The position numbers and the translations under genes were made by a program. Below the pieces are notes generated by a model. It was not told the DNA's origin. It made no database searches and worked only from the letters and a program-made list of their open reading frames with translations. DNA of 64,000 nucleotides from Octopus sinensis. Its lineage: Eukaryota. Within the stretch, counting starts at the first letter, position 1; the number at the start of each line of letters is the position of its first letter. The stretch covers positions 12,772,001 to 12,836,000 of the forward strand of contig NC_042997.1 in NCBI RefSeq assembly GCF_006345805.1, in the 5' to 3' direction. Positions 25,952-39,524 of the stretch are shown one piece after another.

Positions 25952-27282
25952 TAAAATGTAAAATACACACTAGTTAGGGTAATAGTCAAATGTGATGGAG
26001 TTAATACTGTGAAATATCAACAAAAACAGTAGAAAATGTAAAATAAAACAACCCCAACAGCAAAAGAAAGATATTTGGATTCTCTGTACTTTCATGCATA
26101 TCTATAGAGGACTGTCGGACAAAATATTTAATTAAGCGATAAGACACATGGACTATTACATTTTAATTTAAATCTCTTACAGAACATGGAAATTTGAAGA
26201 CTTGCTTATGAGAATGTTTGTGACCAATGTCAAAGACTTTCTGAATGCACATCACTAACTGAAAAAGGAATTAATAATTCGGCAAGATTATGTGTTATAT
26301 TAATCTGAGTAACAGGCGAAGAAAAATGTCGTATGTGCATTGGAATAAGTGAAATCTGGTGTACCTGTACATATGCAAAATATTTGTGAGTATAAATACT
26401 ACGATAATACTCGCACCATTATACCACTGAATTGTCTAACTTTACCGAGATTTGTAATAACTACCTCGGTGTGATATAGACCTTTATTTCCAGCTGATGG
26501 TCACGCTAGGGATGTGTGTTTATAGAGATGTGCGTAAGTATCTCTAATGTCTCTTATTGTATAGCGGGACTGCAGAGATACCTCAAACACTCGGTAAGAT
26601 TTTATAAAATGATTAAGATTGAAGGTCATTTGACAAATATTCCAATATTTCTTCTCGGTTGAAGAAGAAAGCAAATCTAATTTTAAATCGAACAGATATA
26701 AATAAACACCTTTTAAAAATTTTCTGTTCACAAATTGCAGCAGGAAGAGATTAATCTGCATTATTGGTAATCGCTTTCATGAGATGTAGAATTGAAAATC
26801 TGCGTTATTAGGGCGGTTCCTTATAAAATTAACTCGATAAACAGAGAAAAAGTTATAAAACAGCTTCGCCAATAAATCAACAATAATTTCCCTATACATC
26901 ACAATCCAAATCTCTTACAAATAAACGCTAACTATTCACTAAGCGGAAGAATTACAAATCTTAAAAGAAACATTTCATTTGACTTAGCAGAAGTAAGTCT
27001 TTTAACATCAAAACATAAACATTATATTATACAATATTAATACTAGATGCATGCAAAAAACTCATAAACTTGAAAGGAAATGCATACAATTTTTAATATT
27101 CTTTCATGGCCATGTCAAAAACAACGGATAAGATTAAAAGACGCTTCTTCAACAAAATGTACTTCTAATCTCGCACGGTAAGCACTACTTCATAAATACA
27201 TAAATATGACCACAATAAGTATTCAGAAAGTGAGCAACCAGGTGAATATTTTGATAAATCTGAAAAGAAGATTAGGTCTATA

Positions 27283-27284
<2 letters not shown>

Positions 27285-27367
<83 letters not shown>

Positions 27368-27550
27368 GCGTGCTTGGATGTGTACATGCATTCATGCATA
27401 TACATACATACATACATACATATATATATAAATATATATATATATATCTGCGTGCTTGGATGTGTATATGCATTCATGCATATACACATCCAAGCACACA
27501 GATGTACACATTATTGTCTGCACTCACACACAAATACACAGATGTATGTA

Positions 27551-27583
<33 letters not shown>

Positions 27584-27607
27584 GCATAAATATATGTATG
27601 CTTCTAT

Positions 27608-27691
<84 letters not shown>

Positions 27692-27695
27692 ATAA
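27285..27695. repeat. (TA)n/(CA)n compound microsatellite with an internal ~45-bp duplication
   Basis: CTGCGTGCTTGGATGTGTA...CACAT occurs twice (~27366 and ~27448). Confidence 0.9.
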
Positions 27696-30048
27696 ATATA
27701 TAAATAACAGAACTTCTGGAATGACCTGATGTATGATATTTTACGTAGATTCATATTATACTTAAAATGCATTTCATGAATAAATGTGATTGTGCGCGTA
27801 CGTGTTTCCATTGCTAGATATATGTATGTGCTTATATGTATACAAGTGTTATACTGTTAGCTGTGCTATCTGAAACTTATTGCGTGCTATGCAAACACAT
27901 ATGCATATAAGCGCTCATACAATTTTAAGTCATGGCTAGCTGCGACGTGTAGGTTTTAGAATGTTTGATCTAAAAAGAACGGATAGCCATTAAGTTTTTT
28001 TCAAAATACCTTACATATATCTCTATACTGAACAACCACACTTCAGGTAGTTTCTGTGAATTTATCTATAATACTATTCATGACAATTTCTTTTATTTTA
28101 AACATGAGAGTTGGTGCTGAACAGTTCATCACTTTAAGAGTATCGTGAAAAGCCTGTATGTATGTATGTATCATTTCAAGGAAAGTGACCGATAAAACAA
28201 GAACCAGATTGAAAATATAAGAACAAAGTATTAGTGTCGATCTATTCAACTACAACACTTCAAGGAGTTGCCTCCGTATTACGGCAGACCAATGACTGAA
28301 AAAAATATTAAAAGATAATCCATTGCAATGACTGTCAGAGTACACTGATTTTCATTGCAGGTTACTCTTATATTTCGTTTTGATTTGTCAACTACTTGTT
28401 AACCTAGACAAGCTTGACCAAGTCTATTATAGTTAAGTCGTTGTGATATCCTTGGTCTCATACATGCTTATAACAGTTAACATACCTGAAAAATTAGTCT
28501 GGTGACAAGACCCAATTGAAATAGTTATCACTATAATTAGCCCGTTACATTCCTGTATGTCATATAAGTTGCAGTAGTAATTTCTTTTTAAAATATCGTA
28601 CTTCCTTACCAAGATAAACCAGAATATTTAAACATATCTTTAAGGTAATATGCAAATATACTTACCTGTAAATGTATTTTAGATAATTATATACAAATGT
28701 ATTTTCGATAATTATCATGGAATCTTCTGACAGAATCTTCTGACAGGCACTTACAATAATCGTAACTATATTTCAGTAATACCAGCTACTTCGGGCAGAA
28801 ATTAATGTTGTAATAACACGATTACTTCAAAGCCTTGTTGATAGCTGCCCATTGGTTATGCAGTTGGTCAGCTAGGTCCCTTTTAGTGAAGACGAAATAC
28901 CTGACGGGAAAAAGTGCAAGAAATATGTCTTACTTAATTTTGGGCAATAATGATGCCTACTTCAACAGATATAATCAATCTAATATCCTTTTGATATGAA
29001 ATCTCGGATTTATCTTGAAAAAATTCAAAGCATCTTGCCATTAACGTGTACTTACATGGTCCTTTGTTATGTAAAGTATTGAAACAAACCATATACTTCT
29101 AATTCGATTCATCTGAAAGAGACATTGTACGTGAGGGAATATGAACAAGAGGGAGACAGAGTGAGAAATGTGTGATTAAGAACCAGAGAGAGATAGGGAT
29201 TGAGAGATTTTGGAGAGGGGGAAATTGTTACGGCTATGTAACGTAATAACTGAAATGTATTAAAATGTATTTAATTTTCACTTTATTAAACTTTATTCAT
29301 GCCAACAAAATTAAATGATATTCAAATAACTACAAATATAACTTCAAGAATATTTACTATATTAGAGAGCGCCTTTAAAAGAAGAAACAACCTACGGACG
29401 TACCTTCTTGGCCTTAGATGCAAATAGCCCGTTCCCGTTCTTAAATGTATTTATACTTAGTCAAAAGTAGAAGATTAATGTGTAGGTATTAGTGCGAGAA
29501 GGTGGGGAAATTACCTTTGATATAGTCGATCAACAGACGACAAAACTGATATTCACTTTCGATATCTGTAAAGTGGAACATGCAGGGAATATTTGAGTTG
29601 AGATTCCATTGCAAATTATTGTTCTTCCGAATGTTTCGTGTGTGAGATCCGCCTAATAAACATCAAAATAAAATACGAATAAAGAAATTAATTAGAATAT
29701 AATTAGAATCTGTTCGGCTCAAATGAAAAGGAGCATATAGCTTACTTATACTACATAGTGAAAACAACAAAAGATACCAAAGAAAGAAAGAAGGGTGATG
29801 ATTGCAGGTTGCTAAGAGCAATTTAGTCTGTTCTATGCAGCTTTTAACTGTGTAGCATGAAGAAATGAAGCAAATATGTTAGAAGTGGACATGTTTGGTA
29901 AGCTTGAGTCTTGTACAAAACGAGGAAAAATCGGAAGTTGAAATATTTTTAGACCTTGAAGTAGAAGACTAATCTCTTAATCACTTCAGGAATGTTGGTA
30001 TACGTCTCCAACAGCAATTACCGTGGAGAAAATGTTCTCTTATGGTAT

Positions 30049-30447
30049 ACTCTTACTCTTTTACTTGTTTCAGTCATTTGACTGCAGCCATGCTGGAGCA
30101 CCGATCCTTTAATCGAGCAACTCGACCCCGGGACTTATTCTTTTGTAAGCCCAGTACTTATTCTATCGGTCGCTTTGGCCGAACCGCTAAGTAACGGGGA
30201 CGTAAACACACCAGCATCGGTTGTCAAGCAATGCTAGGGGGACAAACACAGACACACACACACATATATATATATACATATATACGACAGGCTTCTTTCA
30301 GTTTCCGTCTACCAAATCCACTCACAAGGCATTGGTCGGCCCGGGTCTATAGCAGAAGACACTTGCCGGAGGTGCCACGCAGTGGGACTGAACCCGGAAC
30401 CATGTGGTTGGTTAGCAAGCTACTTACCACACAGCCACTCCTGCGCC
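30049..30447 (-). mobile_element. SINE family B
   Basis: Full length, with an imperfect TATG(G)TAT flanking duplication. Confidence 0.9.
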
Positions 30448-30477
30448 TATGTATATTTCTTTTATCATATATTGTTT

Positions 30478-30720
30478 TTTACTTGTTTCACTCATTTAAC
30501 TGCAGCCATGCTGGGGCATGGCCTTGAAAGGTTTTAGTCCAACAAATCGACGCGTTGTGTCCTTGAGCAAGACACATTATATGACGTTGCTCAAGTCCAC
30601 TCAGGTGGCAAAAGTGAATAGTACCTGTATTTCAAAGGGCAAGACTTGTCGCACTTTGCGTCACGCTGAATCTCCCTGGGAACTACGTTAAGGGTACACG
30701 AGTCTGTGAATTGCTCAGTC
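30478..30720. mobile_element. SINE B tail fragment (-) fused to a headless SINE A variant-1 fragment (+)
   Basis: ACTTGTTTCACTCATTTAACTGCAGCCATGCTGG, then GCGTTGTGTCCTTGAGCAAGACAC...CTACGTTAAGGGTACACG. Confidence 0.7.
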
Positions 30721-30728
30721 ATTTACCT

Positions 30729-30786
30729 GGAAAGTTCGAAGGAAGGGAATACGGAGAAAGAAAATCGTCAACGATACACACGCGGT

Positions 30787-30845
<59 letters not shown>

Positions 30846-30921
30846 TGTGTGTGTGTGTGTGTGACCGCGTGTGTATCGTTGACGATTTTCTTTCTCCGTA
30901 TTCCCTTCCTTGGAACTTTCC
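30729..30921. repeat. ~68-bp inverted repeat enclosing a microsatellite
   Basis: Arms at 30729-30796 and ~30854-30921 are nearly perfectly complementary. Confidence 0.9.
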
Positions 30922-30930
30922 TTTTTCTAT

Positions 30931-30965
30931 GTTTCTGACGAAGAGCTCCGTTCGAAACGTTAAAT
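30931..30965 (+). ncRNA. Minimal hammerhead ribozyme motif
   Basis: GTTT CTGACGA A GAGC TCC GTTC GAAA CG T T AAAT: core, 4-bp stem II, palindromic ACGT stem III. Confidence 0.6.
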
Positions 30966-31594
30966 CCTCCTGCTTTCTTTCGAAAAGTGGAGGGTATTTC
31001 CACTTCCCGTTCCCATTACACTGTTTTATATCCTGCCCCGTTCCCTGTTCAGTTCCCGTTTCAATTACACATAGATTTACAAGTACACGGTGACGTGGGA
31101 TTGATTTACACATGCTGGCAAGTAATAAAGTTGAATTATAAAATTGATTGTTTGTAATGTTAAGGTAAAAATCAAAGTTAACTTCGTGGAAGATTGGAAG
31201 GATGAGAGGATTGACAATGTGCGACTATGAAACAGTAGATTGAGTGTTTATTATTATCAGTTATGATGGTCTTTCTTGTTGCTGTCACATTGTGAAATCT
31301 GAAAATTACTTCAAAATTTTCAAATTTGGTATACTGAAATAAATTTCCACATTAAATCCGATTTTGAAAGATATTTGTTCTAAACAAACATTGCAGTAAA
31401 ATATTACTGTGGTTTAAAGTTTATTCGATCTTACCTAATGAGAAAACAGGATTTTTGAAGTTGGCATTTTCTGCATGATAGCTGTCTATCTGTCTAATGG
31501 CCTATCTGCCGAGGAAGGCGGAGTCCACTGTAAAAATTGCCCGAAAACGATGGGCTATTCAACTATTAAAGAAAATACAAAACATTATTTTTTA

Positions 31595-32685
31595 TTGTTT
31601 CAGTACGGTGGAAAATTTTTGATAAATCTTAATACGGTGATTTAAAAACAAATAGAAAATCCCTTTACCTTTCACTTGTTAGTTTTACATCCGTTGTTGG
31701 ACGTATTGTAAAAGTTTTGACTGAACATACGATAATTAATTCACTAAATCTTTTGCGTTAAATGATAGGTAAATATTAAAGAACAAAGTATTAAAATTCG
31801 CTGTTCCCTTCCGAAAACACATTCTTCCCACTCCCGCTATGTCCCTGCCCCCCCCACCTCTTTCTCATACACACACACATTTCTTGCCTCTCTGTCTCAT
31901 CCTGTGTCGTTCCCTTTCCTGATACTGAAATTTAAAGTTTAATAAATTTTACCTAATCAGAAAACAAGATTTGGAAGATAATATTCTCTGCGTGATAGCT
32001 GTCTATGGCAAAATTAAAGCAAAATCATTAGGAGGAGGAATTTTTGTTAAACAAACGAAAGCAAAGTATACACGATGACGAAAGCTGTAAAAATTTCTGA
32101 AGTTTTTATAATGAATAAAGTTATGTGAAACGGTCGAACAAACAGGTAAAAAATGTTTAAATGGAAAAAGATCGTTAAGGAATTTGTTTTCGAAAAATTG
32201 CACAAATCTTTCCTGACCAAGAGGACTATCTGTTTGACCTGGAACAAACAAAAATTTATACAAGCCATTGTATTGTAAAATTTGCCTCACAACGACGAGC
32301 GGTTCATCTATGGAAGAAAATGAAAGACATTACAGTTTCATTGTTTCAGTACGTTGGTAAAGTTAAAAAAAATCTTAACTCAGTGATTAAAAAACAAATA
32401 TAAAAACACTTTACCATTCGCTTGTTAGTTTTATATCTGTTGTTGGACAGATTGTATAAGTATTGACTGAGTATACGATAGTTAATTTACTGAAGCGTAT
32501 GCGTTAAGTGATAGGTAAATGTTAAAGAACAAATTATTAAAATTCACTGTTCCCTTCAGTAAACATATTCTCTCTCTCCCGCTATGTGCCTGTCTTTCGT
32601 TCTCTTTCTCTCTCTCTCTCTCTCTCTCACACACATTCATTCCGTCTCTCAGTCTCTTCCTGTCTCCTTCCCTTCCCTGATATTA
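31595..32685. repeat. Diverged ~330-bp direct duplication
   Basis: 31595-31925 aligns with 32340-32685 (TTGTTTCAGTACG...CTTGTTAGTTTTA...GATAGGTAAAT...CTGTTCCCTTC...CCTGATA). Confidence 0.8.
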
Positions 32686-32915
32686 GCCACCCTCATTATG
32701 TTTCCCTCAACCAAACACGTTTTGCACACTTCTCATTTTATCATGCAATAGCCCAACCCCCGTAGCAGGTCCATTGTCCAGTTTTATTGACATCCAATTA
32801 GCCTATAAGTGAACTGGATATTATTTTAACATATATGCAAAGTTTAGTGAAGATTGGCTCACTGGTGTAGCCGGTAAGATGGTAAGACAGAAATTGCCAT
32901 TTATATATGCGTTTG

Positions 32916-32958
<43 letters not shown>

Positions 32959-34934
32959 GTATACATATAGTAGTGCTCAAAAGATTCAAAACTTCTTCAT
33001 ATACAAGACACTTTTGGATCTCATCTGTGAAATATAGGCATACATATACATGTATGCATACACATATTCACACACCACCACACAGCTTCCACCCCACCCC
33101 CGCTCGTCTTCTCTCTTTTGCTCCACATGGTCTCAACTCTCCTCCCTTCTTCATCCAACCTTCCACTTCTCTCCTCTCTTCCTTTCACACCTACTTCCTC
33201 CCAACCACCTCTCCTCTCTTGCTCTGACACCTACTTCCTCTCTTGTCTCCTACCCACCTTCTCCCTTCCACTCTCTCCCTCCCTCGTTACTCCACCCTCA
33301 TATTCCAACCCCACCATCCCTAGTTATTGAGTAGGTCGCAGAAAGTTTGACGAAAGAGCTTTGACAAAATATGCAGTAACTATTAATAAAAAAGCTGTAG
33401 TATAAATCAAATAGTGCCTGTGTTTATTGGCAAATGACCGTCCCCAAATACAACAATATCTGTTTCAACACACGGTTTCTCATCGGGAATCTCAGAACAC
33501 AAATTATATATGTGTTTTCACATAAATCCACGCACATATACATGTATTTCCGTGCATGTATTTATGACTGAACGTACGTACATATGTATTGCTTTCAGGT
33601 GCTCTATAATAAACCGACGCACAGATTCTTTACTGCAGGCTAACGAAAGATATTAATATAAATCTCTCCTATCGCTAATGCTGGTCTACTCATCGTCGAA
33701 TCTTATTTCATGAGTATTGTGTTAACATTTAGATAAAATAAAGTTAGATACTGTTATAAATACGATTTCAAGCGATTGTGACATAACAGGAAATAAAATG
33801 AAGATTCGGAAAGCGATGCTGCATTCTCCATTCTGATGCAACGTTTCCACCGGAGAATCTATCCCTATCACGTAGCTGCTTCGAACCACGCCAGGTGACT
33901 TATCTTCATTCATGATGTATGCCTCACCTGATCTAATATGTTAATGCATTTAGATAACTTCTGTGTCAACTTCATTTTTTTCCAGTTAATTGAAGCACAG
34001 TAGAAAATAAATGAAATTATTAGAGCTTAAGCGAAAGGCAAGTCAGTAATTTTCTAAAAAATAAATGTAATTTAAGACCTGGAATATTCTAAATGAGAAT
34101 AGTATTAATGGCAATTGAATACACTAGGATTCCTACAGATTTTCAATATTTTAATTTTTCTGATAAAATTTCTGGGACAAATTTATATAAATGTTTCACT
34201 GAAAACACAGATTCCTAATTCGCTTTCTTATCTTTTGCTCCCCTCCTCCATTAACTGTTAAGTATGCCTTTATGCTAACTTTAATTTTATTGAGAATTTG
34301 TTACTTCTAATAGAATTTCATTAAAAATAAATGAAGAGAACAGTATAAGTCCCAAGTAAATTTTCTAAATATTTTATCTTATTTTTTAGTGCTTTGATAT
34401 TAAATACATTAGACATCATTTTTTTGTTCTCGTGGGAAATTTTTCTAAGAAAGAGGTATGTGTAATATGTTTAAATATGCGTTCCTTGCCTTAGGCTGTA
34501 CATTATATCTCTAGAGGTGTCTTTCTTCCAGTATAGTGACTACGGAAAAAAGAGAAATATATTTGTCTGAGAATTGTCGCTTGTGAAAATCTATTGAAAT
34601 ATTTTACAAGACGAAATATGAAATCTGTATGAACTTAACTGAAATTCTTCATAGAATAAGAGAAAAAGACAAAAACAATACAGAAAGCAAATAAAGGGAA
34701 TAGTTAAATAAAATAAAATAAAATAAATAGATAATGATTATATTGAAGAATACCTAGTCTAATGAATTGCCACCGGAGCTTATTTTTTTTAAAGTCTGGT
34801 ATAGATTTTATAGATGTTTTTGCTGAATCGCTAGATTACGGGGACGTAAATGTACCCACACCGGTTGTCAAGTGGTGATGGGAAACGAACACAGACACAA
34901 ACGTACAGAATAGAGAACCCGCAGGGGATGATTA

Positions 34935-35330
34935 GCAGGGTTTTTTTTTATGCCGGCTTTACATTCCGAGTTTAAATTCCGCCGATATCTACTTTGCATG
35001 TCATGATTTCGGGGGTCGATAAAATAAGTACCAGCTGAGCACTGATGCTGACGTACTCGACATAACCTCTACCGAACTTGCTGGCCTTGTGACAGAATTT
35101 GTAACTGTTATTATTACTATCATCATCATCATCATCCTTGACTTGTTGACAGAGGTGCTAGTATGCTGGGCAAAATCTTCAGTAGCTTTCCTTCCGCCCC
35201 AGCCAAGTCAATTTTGCTTTTCATCTTTTCAGTATCGATAAAATGAATATCAATTAAGCATTGGGGTTGATGTAATCGAGTAGCCCCCACCACATAAAAT
35301 TGCTGGCCTTGTGCTCAAATTAGAAAGAAC
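34935..35330 (+). mobile_element. Two decayed SINE C copies
   Basis: GGGGTCGATAAAATAAGTACCAG-like core and TGCTGGCCTTGTG tails. Confidence 0.65.
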
Positions 35331-36056
35331 TGTATTTTTATTATAACTGTTGTTTTTATTGCGATTGCTTGTCACTTATTGTGGAAGCTCCATGAGTTGG
35401 CGTACTGTTTTTCTTATTAAATGGTTGCATTATTTATTGTATCATCTCGGAATTACGTTGACTAGATATATGAAGGAGTGATCAGCTGTTTTTTACTCGC
35501 CCCATGACGTTAAGTTTTAAATGAAAGAATTTTTCCAAAGCAAAGTAAAAATTTTCAAAATAGATTCCACATATGCAGCTGGACAGCAAGACAGAGGTTA
35601 AGTAATTTTAAAAGAGAAATTTTGCAGTCAAGACCTCCCACCACACAGTATTTTAGCCTTAGAAATAACCAGTAATAATAACCAGTATTAATAGCTAAAT
35701 TAACAGTTACACCAACCATAGCAAAAGCTACAACAGCAGCAATAATTACAATATATCGAACAAAGCTACAGAGAGTACTAGGAAGACCGCCGACGTCGCA
35801 CTTAAAATCACAAGCTTGAAGAAAAATTTCAGTACCACAACTAACACTTCACAAATAATAATCAATTACTGCAAGTAACTACATACAAGTAGATAAAAGT
35901 AAATAAAAGTAGTGAAAGCCATGTTAAAAAACAACGCCTGGATTAAGCAGAAAATAAAACATCAGAACAGGACCAAGAAAAGATTTATTCTTTTGAGGAG
36001 AGAATGAAAGTGATATGCCCACATCATACTGAACTCAGCTTGAAAAGCTTCTGGAA

Positions 36057-36977
36057 AGTCATTGGTTTTGTGACAGGGTGCCAGGTTTATTGTATTTATA
36101 CGGATGTTTTCTCTCGCAGAATTTCTCACATAGAATCATGGCATTTACTGTGACACGAATCAACATGAGACGGAGAAAGATCAAGTTATAAATTTTGAAC
36201 CCACAACCAAATCTAGATTTCTGGTGGGTGGTGAAATGTGTTGTATTGGGGAGAGCAACAACTAAAACAATTGCTACAGGAAAAGTGGGCTGGGATGGAG
36301 CTGGAGATTTAGATTCCGGTGAAACCTGGGATACTGAGCAGGATTCCCGACGTAATCCCCTTTGGGTAGCGATAAAAGGAAACGGTGAAGGATAGACGTC
36401 CAAGCTGTTATAAATTTCGAAACACCAACAGCCGTAAGAGACAGTTGAAGAGAAGCCTCCGCTACTAACATCATATCTACAACAACTACAGCAGCTACAA
36501 TACCAACAGACACAACAGAACCTGCACACAACCTTAGTAACAATCATTGCTTTAATTGTGGAAAGAAGACCAACAATGACAGCAACATTAACAGCAGAAG
36601 AAAGAGTAATAAAAACAAGAATAGAAGGACTTAACATATCACAGAACTTAAGTAACCCCTACAGGACTTAACACATCACGATGCACAACACGATGTATGG
36701 CAAATTCAGATCAATCGAGATGTGATCGGCCACTAATACTTATTGCCTGTCCTCACAGCAGCCGGTTTCAGTCCTTCTTTCGGACTAAATTGCTGTAACG
36801 TACAATGACATCTGCTCGGTGGTTAGAGAGAATGAATACCTAACGTCACGATTCAGTTTCATTTGCTCGGTCCATCAAAGATCTCTTCTGTATGTTCTAT
36901 CTCTCACGTAACTACAGTGCAAAGAACAGATTTTGAGAATCCCGTGCGAACTAAAATACGGAAGACTTTTATCGGAA
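36057..36977 (-). mobile_element. LTR-like element, copy 1 (first ~60 bp lost)
   Basis: Reverse-complement homologue of 39586-40797. Confidence 0.7.
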
Positions 36978-37105
36978 TTTATCGACTCCGAAATGATGAA
37001 AGACAAAGTCGGCCTCGACGGAATTTGTACTCTGAACGTAAGGATGGGCCAAATGCTACTCAGTATGTGTCCGGCGTGCTAATGATTCTGTCAGCTTACC
37101 GCCTT
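36978..37105 (-). mobile_element. SINE C fragment (tail deleted)
   Basis: Head and part of the core abut LTR-like copy 1. Confidence 0.65.
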
Positions 37106-37548
37106 GTTTGAGGACAACTAAGATGTTGAGATTGGTACTTGGATGTTGAATGTCTTTCACGATAATTAACAATCAAATATCAAAGATTACAAAGTGCAGA
37201 AAGAGACCCTGTGAGACCTCTGACAGCAGTCTGCTATCCGCTCTCGTAGAATCTACCAAATGAGTGGTTACTTGTTGTAGCCCAATGCTAGGAATTTTTT
37301 TCCAACAGTCTAATCTGTTGTGCGTATATAAAATAGTAGTAGTCGTAATAGTAGTAGTAGTAGTATAGTGGTGGCGCTGGTGGTGATGGTCGTCGTAGTT
37401 GTAGTAGTAGTGGAAGAAGAAGAAGAAGAAGAAGAAGAAGAAGAAGGGAAATGGCAGGCAGGAATAGAAATAAAACTGTTTTAGAATGTATGAAGTCCAA
37501 TTCTAGTGAAAAGAGCCCGAAAGGCAAAGTTTTATCTTTATTGTTCAG

Positions 37549-37601
<53 letters not shown>

Positions 37602-37810
37602 TGTGTGTGTGTGTGTGTGTGAATTATCTATTCCGAGCATAATCATCTGGAGGTGAGACCGTACGAATATTTGTTTTAAGTTTAAGCTGAAATCAATTTA
37701 AATGGAAAATTTATTTTATCTGTAGCAGCCATGTTCCTCAGAGGCACACTTAGTTTGCTCATTTCCGATTTAGTAATACAGGAATTGGAAATTGCAAAAT
37801 ACGTGCAACT

Positions 37811-37844
<34 letters not shown>

Positions 37845-38741
37845 CATCATTAGTGCCATCGTTGTTGTTATTACTATTATCTTTCTGAAGCGATTGTTGT
37901 CGTAGGTGTCATTCTGCGACTTATTCTACTTCATCTTTCTCGATTACTTCTTCGTCTTGAACTACGTCCTCTCATCTGCATTGAAACGTTGCTTCAAGAA
38001 ACATGTCTGTTGAATCATTTATTAAATTTTAGCCTACAGCAAGCATATATCGTTAAGAAGCGTCAGTGTTTAAATATAAAAGTATTTTTTCCACCATTAC
38101 TTCTAACGGTAATTGTTTATTTTTCTTTCACTTACCGACGTTATTTATTATTATGTTGTTGTTGTTTTTTTTTTTCGTTTTATTCTTTAGAACACTGTAC
38201 GAAAACAATGTTGTTGTTATTGTATTTTGAAGTAGTAAATGTTTTCATTGACTATCGCATTTGCATATTGAGAATAAAGTATTTACAACTATTTATTAAG
38301 TGTGAAGAAAGCATCGCGATTTTAACATCACTTACGTTGCTACTGATGTGCATGCGCTTATTTCAAAAACGGCGTAATGCTGGCCGCTAAGTCAAATAAA
38401 TAAATATCTTAAATCAAGTTGAAGAGATATTTCTAGATTAGGATTTACTGCAGTTTCGTGAGGTGAGTTATCAAAATCGATTTCCTTCTCCTTGAATATA
38501 TCGATGTTGGATTCTTTAATACACAATAACAACTCCCAATATATTTAATCATCTCATACCTACACTTCCTGTACAGAAATAAAAACGTTTCGACCCAAGT
38601 GCACCGGCCGATAGGATTAAGATCAAGTCTTTTGCAGTATTCACTTTGTTGTAAACTTTAGGAGATGTATTTGCAGTCGGAAAACAGCTTAGATTGATAT
38701 TTTGGTGCGCTTCTTTATACATGTAGTAGTCCATAATTCGT

Positions 38742-39124
38742 GGAGGCGCAATGGCCCAGTGGTTAGGGCAGCGGACTCGCGGTCATAGGATCGCGGTTTC
38801 GATTCCCAGACCGGGCGTTGTGAGTGTTTATTGAGTGAAAACACCTAAAGCTCCACGAGGCTCCGGCAGGGGATGGTGGTGATCTCTGTTGTACTCTTTC
38901 ACCACAACTTTCTCTCACTCTTACTTCCTGTTTCTGTTGTACCTGTATTTCAAAGGGCCGGCCTTGTCACTCTCTGTGTCACGCTGAATATCCCCGAGAA
39001 CTACGTTGAGGGTACACGTGTCTGTGGAGTGCTCAGCCACTTACACGTTAATTTCACGAGCAGGCTGTTCCGTTGATTCGGATCAACCGGAACCCTCGTC
39101 ATCGTAACCGACGGAGTGCTTCCA
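38742..39124 (+). mobile_element. SINE family A, variant 2
   Basis: GGAGGCGCAATGGCCCAGTGGTTAGG head and CGTAACCGACGGAGTGCTTCCA tail; near-identical to 42393-42783. Confidence 0.9.
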
Positions 39125-39524
39125 TCCAGTAGTCAATATTTATCGGTTATAGAGTATATTTATTCTTTATCAGTCACGAAGGCTTTTTTACAAAATTCAT
39201 GAGCACTTCCTCGTCGATTTAACTAAGAAGTAAATGAATAATATTTTCACTTATCAGCATTGCTAACAATCCTACTGATCCTCAAATATTCATTATCTCC
39301 AAACCCCGTTTTTATAATTTCCGTTCAATTTCTATCCTATCGTAGATGGATAACTTTGTTATACACGAGTTTTCAACTTTTATTTTCTTCTTTCAAATTA
39401 ATTGATTGGTCGAATTTCCAACAATATTAAAGAAAATATACTTCAATCTGCTTTATCAGAGATGGATAGGTTGATTAGTAAATTTTAAATTTTTTTAATT
39501 TTTTAAAAATAGTTATATAAGTTC

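Noticed and set aside
33865-33915. Minus-strand ATGAAGA...GAAGCAGCTA hammerhead-like motif
   Set aside because: Three or more core substitutions; not distinguishable from chance by eye.
36059-36637. 192-aa ORF, the longest in the track
   Set aside because: It lies in the LTR-like repeat, and the second copy has frame-breaking indels; no recognisable domain.
38742-38820. tRNA-like sequence (also at 1-70, 42705-42783 and the B/C heads)
   Set aside because: No complete cloverleaf acceptor stem, and each continues into a SINE body and tail.
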